A stretch of DNA of 64,000 nt from assembly GCA_002189035.1 (NCBI GenBank), contig NEEC01000011.1, forward strand, positions 2,480,001 through 2,544,000. The letters run 5' to 3'. This DNA is from Utricularia gibba (Eukaryota > Plantae > Magnoliophyta). The notes below the pieces were generated by a model that was given only the letters and a program-made list of their open reading frames with translations, did not search any database and was not told the DNA's origin. This document shows, in pieces, positions 1 to 12,261 of this stretch. Made by a program: the position numbers and the translations under genes. Every line of letters begins with the position of its first letter. The first letter of the stretch is position 1.

Positions 1-141
1 TTATTTACTACTGCTTTTCTGATTCTGTGTGATTGGTACATCAGTGTTGGAAGGTTTCTGGGTTGCCTCAGTTATCATGTGCGACAGTAGATGCAGATTT
101 CTGTATCCTGAATCTTAATGCTGCATGGGCACAGAATCTAT

Positions 142-3100
142 CTAATAAGATCGCTGTTGGCTGGTTTCCATGTCTAGTTTTTGTCTCATCTGGTGATCAT
201 TCGACTCCTTGTGCTCGTACGGCAGGACGACAACAGGGGCTGCTGGAATCATGTCCCATCTTTCCTTGAGGAGCCTCATGAATGCAACAACCATCTTCCT
301 CCTGAACTCCAGCTCCCTCGTGAACAGATCAAATATCACAACTCCAGCAATGTACTTGAATGGGATCATGAACAGCACGGCTGCACCGACTAGCAATGCA
401 ACCGAGACTTCGGTTGTTACCTGGAAGTAGAAACATGAAGAAGAAATGGATTGGATCTTGTTCTGAGTCAGGGGGGAAGAGATGGGTGAATGAATGAGTA
501 CCTGTGGGTGCCCTGCTAAAAGGATAGAGCGAATTTTGAGGAGGATCACATTGACATTCTGGAGATATTTCTCCATTTCACGCATTGCCTCTTTCAGGGC
601 AATGATTTTCTGGATTGTGTTGGATGGAGGCTGGTCGAAAATGGTGATTTGTCCGAAAAAACGCCCCAGTCGACCTTGCTCTTTGAGTCCCTTCAGTAAC
701 AACATGACGCAGGACAGGGATATCAAGCTTATGGGCAAGATATAGGGCAGCAAGTTCCTGATCAAAACCAACACATAACAACGGAAAGGATTGAGCAGGG
801 GCAAAAAAATGTGTATCAGTCATTTCTGGGATCCGGAAAAAGTACTACCTGGACAAAACCAGATAGGAAAGCCCCAGAAAAGATGCTGTGGCAATAGGAT
901 CCTCCCAACGCCTTAGTCTTTCAAATGTATGGGCAGCCATAGTGAATGGCAGTACAAGCTCCTGCAAAGGCAAAAATGAAACAGAATATATAGGCCCCTC
1001 TTCATGAAGAAGATGAAAGGACTGAGATTTGAAACCTTGAAAAGGTCGATGTTACTCGGAATTCCTTCGATTGTTGCAGCATCAATGGTTGCTTGAGTTC
1101 TCTCAACCACCCTGTATTTATCTTTGCATGTCATTGCAGCTCTTTCCACCATCGTCATACCAGCTACGACAAGGTTCTTGCTGAGCACAACTCCCCTTTT
1201 AATTGGCATGCTCTTCCAAAAAGCCAGAGAGGCGTTAGTACGCCAAGATGAAGATGCCATCCATTTCCTCAAGTACACACTTCCATCTATATCAAAAACA
1301 TGACTGCTGCTTTCAGGTGTAGGACTAATGGATGTGATCTGAAGTCGGTTTGCTTCATCAACTGATGGTTTCTTGATCATAGGTCCACCCAAAAGTTAAC
1401 TGCAAGAGTTTCAAGAACAGTATCTCCATATGGTGCATTTTCCAAATATGAAAATGGTAGCAACTTTGTTGGATCATCTAAGGTCCTCCGCATGAAATGA
1501 AGTGCTTGAAGTCTAGCAACAGCATTTGCAGTGTAAGTTCTGGCCTTTTCACTCCCTCTCTGAGCACCATACACGTCAAAGACAGACTGATCACCGGCCT
1601 TCGGACCATATTCATTTAGAAATCTGTGGAAAGCTATGACTTCATTGACGAAAGCAAACCAGACATCTCTTCTCATTTCGCTCTTCAAGTCAACGAATTC
1701 AAGAACCAACGGCTCAGAACTGATTGAAATATTCATCAAGAATCCAAAAGACAGAAGAGCAGGATTTAGTGAATACATATGAAGGTAAAAAAATGCTAAC
1801 GGTAAGGTGTAAATGAAACAAAACAAACAAGCGAAGCAATGCAAAGATGAGAAAGTAAGGAAGCTTACTCACTCTAGGCCAGATGAAACAGAGATGGCAG
1901 AATCAAAAACATTTGATCCTAGAGGGCCAACTCTAGTCTTCTCAACTCTTGAATCCTTACGAGAAAGGTCACGTCTGACAGTAGTTCCTTCTCCAACCAA
2001 GCCAACGGCCTGAAAAAGAACAAGGATGGGAAAATGAACCACAGGAAAATGGTATACAATATTCCCGCCATCTTCATTTGCTTTACTTTTGATTTTGAAG
2101 CTGTCACTTCGTGAACAGTACCATATATTTCAAAAGAAACCAAATTACTGCAGCTATCAACACCACAAAATGTCACACAGGTATGAAGCAAATACCTCAA
2201 AGTAAAGAGCCTTATCAGTTAATGTGAGCATCCCTGGCCATGCAGTGTTCCTTTCCCATCTTATTACTGGCTGCTTTCGGCTAGAACCAAGGCAGAGGAT
2301 TTTTTCCTTAGCACTATAAGAAAAATCCTGAAGCTGATCTGAATTTCGACCATCGTGCACTCTGCATATCAAGAAAATGAAAACATCTAAAATGAGAAGA
2401 AAACATGCCCAGGGAATGTATCAAAGTTTTCTAGTTTATATGTAAAAAGTCAAGAAAATAATGCTCACTTGAGAAGTTCTCTCAAATATGTGGACCATAT
2501 ATTATACGAGATTCCCCCAGAATCACCACTAAGAGCTTTGAAGAGATTATGTGCAGTAGGATAATCAGCGACACCAGACACAGTGGGGGCAATGCGAACA
2601 AATGCATCTTCACCCACCAGCTTTGACTTCAGCATCTTGCCAGGACCCTTATTTTTCTAATATTCATGGAAGAAAAAGGATCGCAATTTTGAGTAGTAAA
2701 AAAATGCGTACCAACATTATGGAATATCTAAGATGCCTAAACAAATAAATTCAGTGACAAAAAGAAGACCTGCAGTACATCTTTCTCTGTTTGGCTTTCC
2801 CTTCCATCTTTGTGAGGATTTTCCCATGCCAGCATAGTTATGAAAACTAACCCTCGGAACGCAGATTCCTCATATCAGAAGTAGGAAAGCCACATTTAGT
2901 ACATTAGATGCAATTTATCAAATAAAATCGATCTCACCTTAAAGCAATATTAGTATATGGGAAACTACAGTGAAACATAAAATATTCCTGAAGTTGACTG
3001 ATCAAGCTTATTTCATTTCGTCGATAAATTAATTCATCAAATAACTATTATATCATATGAATTTAAAATTAAAATGGTTCAGTAGTCAATGCACCTTGAG

Positions 3101-4294
3101 ACCTGGATGAACTTCAGCAGCGTTTCTTGACAAAAATCTCAAACAGCAATATTCCACAAAATTACGTGGATCGTAATACACATGCTCAGGTACAAGCGCT
3201 TTGAAAATATGTAACATCTTCTTCCCCGTCTGCCCGTTCATCCTGCATGTCTTTAACCATAAAGTCAATGAATTTCCTCATTCGAGAACATTGCATAAGT
3301 TCGAACTTCCAGGTTCTCTTCAACATCAGTGAAAAAATACAAATGAATTAATCTAATAAATAGATGCCAAACTTAACCATGATTATCACAATTATACATC
3401 AGATCACGTGAAGAAACACTTTATTATGTTTTTTTTTTTTTTTTGAAGTTGAATTTCTGTTAGGATCCAACACTCGGAGGTTGGTATGACAGGTAGGCAG
3501 AGCTGAACGTTCACAGGCATAAACTTACAAAAAGTAGAACGTTCTCAGATTCACCAAAACAATCCAATGCTAAATAAAAATCCATTGTGACATTTAGATT
3601 GAAAACCTGATAGAGTAATTTACCTGCTAAACTGCTCAATGGAAACAACAGCAGCTTCAGACAGTTCACCTCCAAAGATTCTTGAATCAAATGTCTGTTC
3701 GATATTCAATATACTCTCAATATCGCCATCTTCATCATCATCATTCGTACGAGGGGTAGTCTTTCCATCATTAGCAGATTTTTTCACAATTGGAGCAGCC
3801 ATTTCACTTAAAAAATTCCGAGTCCTAGACAGCAGCTGGTTCACAGTTTCCTGCATTATATCTGCAAGCAAAAAAGATCTTGAGTGATCTATCTTGCCTT
3901 TTTCTCCTGTATAACATAACCGTGCGCCGAATGAGCACAGGCTACATCAAATGCTACCACCCTATTTTCCAAAAAAGGATGCGATGAGTAGAAACATCCA
4001 TTAACGTAGAACAATGGATATGAAAAAATTGCATCTTTCATAAAATGATTCCATGAGCGGAGAAATTGCTTGCAACTCACTGGTGTCAATCTCGCTGAGC
4101 TTCCAATTCTTATCACCACCCACCAAATGAAACCCAAACTTACTACCCATAGACGACGCTGACGAACCCTCCGACTCCGAAGAAGAACCATTTGCTTCGC
4201 AGCAAGCAACCCGGAAAACACGTTTACTCCCATAGCGCACCGTCCCAGGGGTAAGCCTGAGGCGCGGCACTTCAACTGGAAACTTCGAAAGCAT
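142..4294 (-). CDS. Multi-exon plant DUF639-domain protein, probable N-terminal plastid transit peptide
   Basis: ATG at 4294 (MLSKFPVEVPRLR..., Ser/Arg-rich), donor ACCA|GTGAGT at 4081/4080. Later exons encode motifs I recognise from DUF639 proteins (RWERNTAWPGMLTLTDKALYFE, DQPPSNTIQKIIALKEAM, FDLFTRELEFRR, WDMIPAAPVVVLP). Stop at 142. Not every internal exon boundary was traced. Confidence 0.85.
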
Positions 4295-5019
4295 CTAGAG
4301 AACGCAGCTGGTGAACTATCGCACGTCAGCACAGACTTCCATCCTCCCAAAGTAGCCAGAGCCTCAGCAAGAATTGATCCAAAAATCAATCAACGACAAC
4401 CCGCAGTCCCCTACGGGCCCAGGCCGATCACCTAACTTTGCTTGGGCACTTGCCGCCGGACTCGGGCGCCGCCCTCCTCATCCTCAGCCCAATTTCCGTT
4501 TGTTCTTATCCATCACACCAGCAAATCATCTATTTATCAGTCTTTCGTTGTTGGGCCCACGACTTGGTCCATCTTTCACCCTTTGCTTATTCCATTTTAT
4601 TATATTTATTAATTAACTTCCCATTGAAATCAATTTTGTTCCTATAAAAATGTTTTATAAAAAATTTATTATCAAATATAATTAATTTTTATTTTAAAAA
4701 AATGAAAAAATTAAAATAAATTATTTTTAAAAATACAAAAAATTTAAAAAGGAAAAACTATGTAAATAGTCTCCATTACTTATCTAAATGTCATAAATGA
4801 TTTTCAGAAATAATGTTTTAATTATCAATTATTTCAAAACCATTTGTAATTGATTTTTACTATTTCGAAATCAAGTAAAAATAGTTTTCATTATTTACAC
4901 TAATAGTAAAATCAAATTCACAATTTAAAACCATAATTTTTTCCAATTTAATTTTACTATTTTAGATCGACTTTTGACCGCCATAGAATTTTTTTTTCAA
5001 TTTAAAACCTTAATTTTTT

Positions 5020-5130
5020 AGCACCGGCCCGGCTCACTAATCAACCCCAATCAATATGAAGCTCTATATGAGTAACGGTTCAGGCCCATAACTGCAATGA
5101 TGGGCCGGGACGGTTAATGCCGGCCCAACG
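5020..5130. promoter_or_regulatory. Site II-like (GGCCCA/TGGGCC) elements in the divergent DUF639/bZIP promoter
   Basis: AGGCCCA at ~5082, TGGGCC at ~5101 and GGCCCA at ~5122, between head-to-head genes. Site II elements are established TCP-bound motifs. Confidence 0.4.
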
Positions 5131-6183
5131 AATTGTGACACGTGTGCAACCAGGAAACTTATTTGGGTAAATAATTATTGGTATTGTTATTTTGCATTTA
5201 TTTTATTTATAATTAATTTCCGTACAAAATTAATTAAAACGCTACGTCAAAGTTGTCACCTTCATCTATTGAATAATGAATACATTCTTTTATTCAACAC
5301 AGTGCAACTGAGTGGGTTTGTATATTTTCACTTTGGTCCCTGAACTTTACGGTAATTGCGGATTCAGTCTTCGTGTCGCTGTATCAGTATATGTGGCTGG
5401 ACCTGTGGCATAATGAATACTCCGTTTTCTGATCTGATTTCGTCGTTTTAATTTTGTAACTAATTTTATCTACTGCTGTTATTTTCGGAGTGCGAGGCGC
5501 CAGCTGCGTGAAAGTTGAGCCGAAAGAGAGATTTTTTTTGGAATTGGATTTCAGTTGTATGTATGTGCCGTCTGCTGCGGAGTGTGATGCACTCTGGATT
5601 CCGATTTCTTCTCGGTCTTGGTTTTCTTTATATATATTTTTGATTGTAATTCCCACCTATTTCGAGGTTAGCGTTACCCTTCCTGTGCTTTTTTTTCTAA
5701 TCTACGATCGATATGCATTGCTCTGATATGGGGTTTTGTTGTTGGTTTCAAATGTTTGGTACACAGATCCTGAAATTTTTAGGGAAATGTGGGTGAATAT
5801 AAAAACATTGGTCTCTTGTTTTGTTCTCTTAGTTAAGGGTTCTGGATTATTCATGTTCGTGGGTAAGTTCATGAAAGAGTGACTAGTTTTCTCTTCTCAC
5901 TGGTGTGTGTACTAAAAATGGCATGTATGGTTTCCTTTTAGCCAGAAGTTGGTTACTTTGATAGAAGGAAAAATCAACTCTTTTTTTGAAAGAAGGATCA
6001 TAAGAAAGAGCGATGAGATGTTTCCTTAGAGAATCTTTGCCCTTGTTTCTCTGTTTCTCCATGTGTTTATCTAGTTATCATATTTCTGAATGTTGGCTAG
6101 TTCAAGTTGCGCTGTGTTTGGATTCAATATTTGCTTCCTTGATGTGTTGCTGATTTGGTATGCAGAAACTGGCGTCTTTAGCC

Positions 6184-7681
6184 ATGGAAAACTCAAAAGT
6201 GCCATCGAGCATCAGAAGTGTGGTATGCAAAGGAAAGGGTTCGCTGCTGCCCCCTAAAATTCCATTTTCTGGGGTTTCCTCATCATTTTCAGACTACATT
6301 CCTATCTCTGGAGTCTCTCGAAGTACTCAACGAAGGCCCATTGAAGGAAACTTACATCAACGTACTTCCTCTGGGAGCGGTTTGATAGAGGAGCCACCTT
6401 CTTGGCTTAATGAGCTTCTCGATGAGCCCGACACACCTGTTAGAAGAGGTCACCGACGGTCATCTAGTGATTCCCTTGCATATTTTGACGCATCTACTGC
6501 TGAAAGCATGAAACATGTAGCTCAACATGGCAGCGAGTTTGGTGATGTAAACCAGCCATCTATATGGGGATCTCAAGTCTTCGCCATTGGTGGACATACC
6601 AACCATAGTTCATTTTCTTCTGCTGATACAAACCATTTTTCCACAAACAAGAACAGACCCTGGGATGAGGCTCAAAGTTCTGTGGCACCTGAACTCGCTT
6701 CCCCTGGTGAGAGTGCCGTCATACCATCTACTGAAATTGGTACCATCTCTCAAGATGCAAATAGAAACCGATTTGCGTTGGAAGAAAGCAAGAATCTTGT
6801 CGAATCTGGGGCTTGGGATTCAGATGCATCTTTTCAAAAAATGGAATCTTCTCACGCCAAGTCTGCAGTCCCTGAACCAGACAACCGGCGTTCTAAACAG
6901 TAAATTATTTCTCACAAGTTATTATGGCTCTTCTGCAGTTTGCATTCACATTGACTGACTGTCATTATTTTTTGGAACTGACTGTAGGCAGTATGCTCAG
7001 AGGTCAAGGGTCCGGAAGCTTCAGTACATAGCTGAACTGGAGAGAAATGTTCAAGCTCTGCATGTGAGTTATTCTATAAATGAAAAAAAGAGTGTATTTC
7101 AGTCTTATAATCATTCATAATTCCAGGCTGAAGGATCTGAGGTTTCTGCTGAAATCGAATTCCTCAACCAGCAAAATTTGATACTGAGCATGGAAAATAA
7201 AGCACTACAGCAGCGTTTGGAAAGTTTATCCCAAGAGAAGCTCATAAAGTGCTGTAAGTACCTTCCTTACCAACTGTTCATTCTGCAGACAATGCTGAGG
7301 TAGAGCTTTGGAATGTATGATGCTCGGAAACATAGGAAGCCAATACCGACATTTTTACCTGAAATTTGTTTACTTAAGCTTTTCCTGTGACCATGTGATA
7401 TCGAAACAAGAAGAATGGTAGTGTTTTAGTCTGTCACACTAACTATTTTTCAAAGTTGAGAGTCTCTCATTCCTGTTCTAGAGGCTGTTTCAATGCCTAA
7501 TTGGGATTTTGAATGCTGTACAGTAGAGCATGATATGTTGGAAAGAGAAGCGACTAGGCTGCGGACCCTTCATCAGACACTACTTTTGCAGCAACAAACA
7601 CCCCCTTCTGGCCATAGACGAACCCGAAGCAGAGATCTTGACCAACAACTAGCAAAACTTTCCCTCAAGCACAAGGAATGA
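6184..7681 (+). CDS. bZIP transcription factor, At1g58110/bZIP34/61-like, 4 coding exons
   Basis: gccATGG at 6184 follows an intron acceptor (TATGCAG|6166). Motifs LLPPKIPF, HQRTSS, EEPPSWLNELLDEP, GHRRSSSDS, then basic-zipper QQYAQRSRVRKLQYIAELER...ENKALQQRLESL. Stop at 7681. Confidence 0.9.
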
Positions 7682-7921
7682 AGCACTGGCCTTGACACCA
7701 TACTACCCCAAAACCACATACCCACCAACATCATCAATCATGAAAGGCCACCTTGAGTTCTCCTGCAACTTGTCCCAATGCCAACAAAGAACTCCCCCTG
7801 TCGGCTGCCATGCTACCTCCTCAGTTGTAAGTGGCTTCTTTCTCTCCTGGTAGCTTGCCCACTAGAGACGATATTTTTCGTTTCCAGTCGTGACGATATC
7901 AACAGTGTTGATTCATTGGCA

Positions 7922-10900
7922 GCTGAGTAGCAGTAGTTTGAAATGGGTTGCTGCGGATTTCCATTAGCCCCATGCTGTGTTAATGTTCATATGAGCTGTG
8001 ATGCTGCTCCAGTATCATCATGCTATGCTAGATTGAATCTTTCTACAATATTATTCCCTTTCCTTCGAAAATAAAAAACAAAGGGAATACTTCCAAAGCT
8101 ACTTGTTACCCTTGTCTCCCCAAAAGCAGATGAGAATAGTCTTCAGGACTCCTTGAACTGACTACTGATGGACTTCTTCCTCATCCCCATTTCCAGTCAG
8201 GTGCTTTTAAACGTCACCAACGTCGATCGTCACGTGGCCCACGATGACGCACCAGTTCCAGTCCGGCGGGCGCGACGGGCAGCCCCACCGTATTACGTGT
8301 ACGCCGGCGGCGTGATTCAGTAGAATTTTCCTCGGAATCTGCAGTGAACGATGACGTGGACGTTGACCACTGCATGGTCATGCACATGTACGTAAAAGAT
8401 AGTTTATGTGCACTTGCGACGAGGGTGCGTGCAATACCTTCTCATGGGCCCTCATTTTTAATTTTTTCTCAGCCGTACCGTATTTAACTTCGTCCACCAG
8501 GATGGATGCTATCCTAAGCGCTTACCATCACATCCCATCCCATCCCAGCTTGAAAATTATGGATTCAATCAAAATCATTCTATAAAAAATTCTGAAAATT
8601 ATTAGAAAAATTTAAAAAAAATCTAAGAAATTTGTTACAAGAAAATACAAGTTAGTATCAAATATTATCATCCCGAGCTGTGACCGTACAAATAGGGATG
8701 CTACCATTAGTGTCACTTGATAATGTGGGGTGTCTCATGTGCCTTGTCTATTACAAATCTGGACATGTGTCAGATACTGTATAAGAAAAGTTGGTCACTT
8801 ATAATATAATTTTTTTAACTTAGTGTATGAGAGAAATTACATAAGTGGTCACTTTTATGATTAATCATGAATCCTTGTGTGTTTCACTTATAGTTCATTG
8901 TTATTAGGCATAAACATAGTAAATAATATTGCTCCACTTCCAATAAAAGAAGTATTGTATGTTACAAATAGACATGAGAAATATTGAATTATTCAAATAT
9001 AAAAATGGGTATCTATATCGCACTAAATAGTGAAGCCGGGGGGCAACTTGGGGAGACCGGCGCCGTGTTCTGGGGTTGCACGTTGGTGCAGGTGGCGGAA
9101 GACTTCCCCCCGCTCTGAGCAGTCAAGTTGATGTTATTGAACTGGATCTTTTGGCACGACGACTTCTCGCTGCAGTTCAACGTGATGGCGTACTTGGAGG
9201 CGCTGGTGCCGGAGATGTTCTCGTACAGCACGTTCTCGATCAGCACCGCTCCTTCCTGAAAGTTTTAGCATCGGAAAGTTGAGCTCCAGTACAGGTCAGA
9301 AGAAGAACATCAGAAATGTATGGGATTCTTACGGTTGAGGAGCATGACTGGACGGCCTTGTCGCAGTAGTCCTGGTCGATGATGATGGGGTTCTGCACAT
9401 TGTGCATGCGTATGTTCTTGAATGTGATGCCGCTCGCCGTCCCAGATCCTCCCTGCACAGATACACAAACACGCGATTGTTCACAAAGCCCTATCGGAAC
9501 GGAGTTGCAGGCAGAGTTTGAGCTTAGGATTACCTCCCAGGTCTTGATTCGGACTCCGTTGGATGATCCGGTGAAGTTTGCTCCATCAACGACGACGTTT
9601 TGTACCAAAGCCGGCGAGCCTTTCTCTCCCAAACTCCCAATACTGATGCCATGGCCCGGTCCGCATGTAATCCCGGTGGCGCGGATCATCGTCGAGCCGG
9701 TCACGATGGAGATACAGTCGTCACCTGCGTCGAACCGCGGGAGCCAACGGTGAGCCAGGAGCCATGAACAACATGAAGGCGATTAACTAAAGCGGCGAAC
9801 CTGTGGCTATGGTGGTTGATGAGACGGTGACGTTTTGACTACGGGAGATGTGGACGCCGTCGGTGTTGGGGCTGGTCCCCGGCGCGGTCACCGTGAGCCC
9901 CGAAGCGACGACGTTTTTGCAGGAGTTGAACGTCAAGTCAATTTGCTGCGAGTTGATAACCTTGATGTTCCTCACCACCAAGTTGGTGCAACTTTCAAAA
10001 GTCAAAGCCTGCATATAAAATCAACAAATAAATACTACTATTTTTTATTTATTTCTTTTGCATGGGGACAGGATTGTCGATTTGGGACTGACCGTTGGAG
10101 CATTCTTGCACGGCTGCATGAAATAAAAAGAAAAGAATATTTAGTCTCGATCTTCTTTTTTTTTTTTAATGAAGAAAAAGGAAAAAGCAAGCGAATGAAA
10201 GAACCAAAGACCTTCGATTTATCCACTTTGCAAGAGTTTTGCCACCAGACGCTTCCTCTGCCGTCGATGGTTCCGCCGCCTTCCACCACCAGGTTCGAGA
10301 CGCCGCTGAATGTGAGCCAATGAGTGGGGCTGCTGGTGTAATCCGACGAGGATGTAGAAGCCACAATGTCACCGGAGATCTGAACATTGATCTTCGACTT
10401 ACAGGAACCGGAAAACGTCACTGGTTTCAGAAGGAAAACCTTATTGGGTATCACCAAATTCACTTCCTGCGTAGAGGCACAAGCCACCTTCCAAGCCTGA
10501 GCGAACGCCTGAAATCAACAGCAACAGCAAAGGCTAAGAAACTTGACAAACAAATGAATTATCAGCAGACGCCTCTGCCACCCCATCTTACAACCTTGGA
10601 ATCGTCGGTGATGCCGTCGCCCTTGGCGCCGTAGCTGAGAACACTGATCGTGGAAACGGTGGCAGTGGGGAGCGCGATATTCGCGCAACGCATGAACTCG
10701 TCGAAGGAAAGAGTGCGAGCTCCAGAAGAGGCAAGCAAGCAGCACAAGCAGAAGAGGATGGCGACGAAGGAGGAGGAAGAGAGGCTTCTGGTACTCATCG
10801 TGATCAGGAGCTATTAGCAGGTATGGTGTTTATGGGAAGGGATTGGGGGCGCAGGTATTTATAGACCAGCTGCTTCCTTTCCAGTTAGAAGAAGACAGAC

Positions 10901-11753
10901 AAGAAGAGATTGTATCTAGGAGTCATCAACTGATCGTCTTTGACTTTCTAAACACCCGGATTTGAGTGTCACGTGTTTGTAACAACGAGAAAATTAAGCA
11001 TCACGTGATCGATAAAATTGATTATTCATAATATCATCTCCAACGTACATGCCGTATTTGACCCCCTTTTAAAAGCACTGTATATATTACATGCGCAAAT
11101 TTCCACACTTGAGTTTTTATTTCTCAAGAATTTCCATTTCAAAAAAGAAATATAAATATTGATCTACTAATAATTTTTAAATTAATGTAAAACACGAATC
11201 GAAATCCATTATTAGATTATATCATATTCACCTCTCGTGATTTTTGAATTATATAAAGTTAAAACCATTAGAAAAAGAGAAATGAAAGTTATAAATACTA
11301 ATTATAATGATTCATCGTTATAACAATATTAAGATCAAACCGATTGATTTTACTAACATGAGAAATCAAATATACAATTTTACAAGTTTTGAAACAAATT
11401 ATTTATAAAAAAAGTAAATTAAAGAATCTATCACATAATTTTGAAATTTGAAAGTTAAATTATTTATATTAAATATAACTTGGAGTGCTGGCAAACTCCA
11501 CTCGTAATTCTTTTATGTTTCTGGGTTTTCATCCCAAAATTTAAAACCGATCCGTCACTTGTCTTGTCAACGTAGTAGAATTTTCCGTTTCATTTAAAAA
11601 AATAAAAAGAGAAGAGAAATGTGTGGATATGGAGTGCATGCATGGGCATGACATGTACGTAAAACATATTATATGATTGTGGTCTGGTCTGGGTACGTGC
11701 AGGAGCTTCCTTTCTTGTGTTGTTCTTCAAACTCACGTGGGGGGATGCGCATT
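7922..11753. repeat. Left arm of a large inverted segmental duplication (bZIP 3' flank, polygalacturonase and ~950 bp of its promoter)
   Basis: Its reverse complement aligns with 19173-23178. Inner junction AATGCGCATCCCCCCACGTG (11753/19173); outer junction ...TACTCAGC (7922/23178). Confidence 0.95.
9013..10798 (-). CDS. Secreted GH28 polygalacturonase, ADPG/QRT2-like, copy 1, 7 exons including a 21-nt microexon PCKNAPT (10113-10093)
   Basis: Signal peptide MSTRSLSSSSFVAILFCLCCLLASSG; catalytic motifs SPNTDG, GDD, GPGHG, RIKT; TATAAATA upstream at ~10855-10863; GT-AG introns. Confidence 0.95.
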
Positions 11754-12261
11754 TCCTGCAATGGAAAGTCCGCCACCACACACATCTTACTATTCCCAGA
11801 AAGCTAAGAACCGTGACTGTAATGGATTCCGCATTACCAACGAAAATTTCAAATTACGTGACCTTATCGACTTGGGTGACACCTGACATAACACTCTTCT
11901 AACATTTACAACGAAATTTCCTGTTTAACCTGGCTTCTTGTTTTGTCCAAATCCGCCTACGTCTTATCTATCCCCTCGCCTGGTTCGAGTTCCTGGGTGC
12001 CAGTGGGAGAAAGAGGAATAAGACAGACCACTTAGATGAAAAGAATGGGTATAGCTGCTCATGGTTTCATTTCACATGGTTGTGGAATGAATGAATACAG
12101 ACAGGACAGGTGGGAGACACGAAACGAATGGGGGGACAAGCATGTACTGTTGTTCTACAATCAAGTTTGCAAACAATTCAAAGCACACTTTGGAAAGAAT
12201 TTATTTACCTGAACCAACTTGTTCCTGATATTCACAGTGGCGGTGGGTGGGTGGCTGTCTG

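Noticed and set aside
6160-6183. ORF-track start MQKLASLA for the bZIP
   Set aside because: This ATG overlaps the intron acceptor TATGCAG; the ATG at 6184 has strong context and matches homologue starts.
11982-11993. GGTTCGAGTTCC resembling a tRNA T-loop or Pol III B-box
   Set aside because: One extra base, no A-box and no cloverleaf; not a tRNA or a recognisable SINE.
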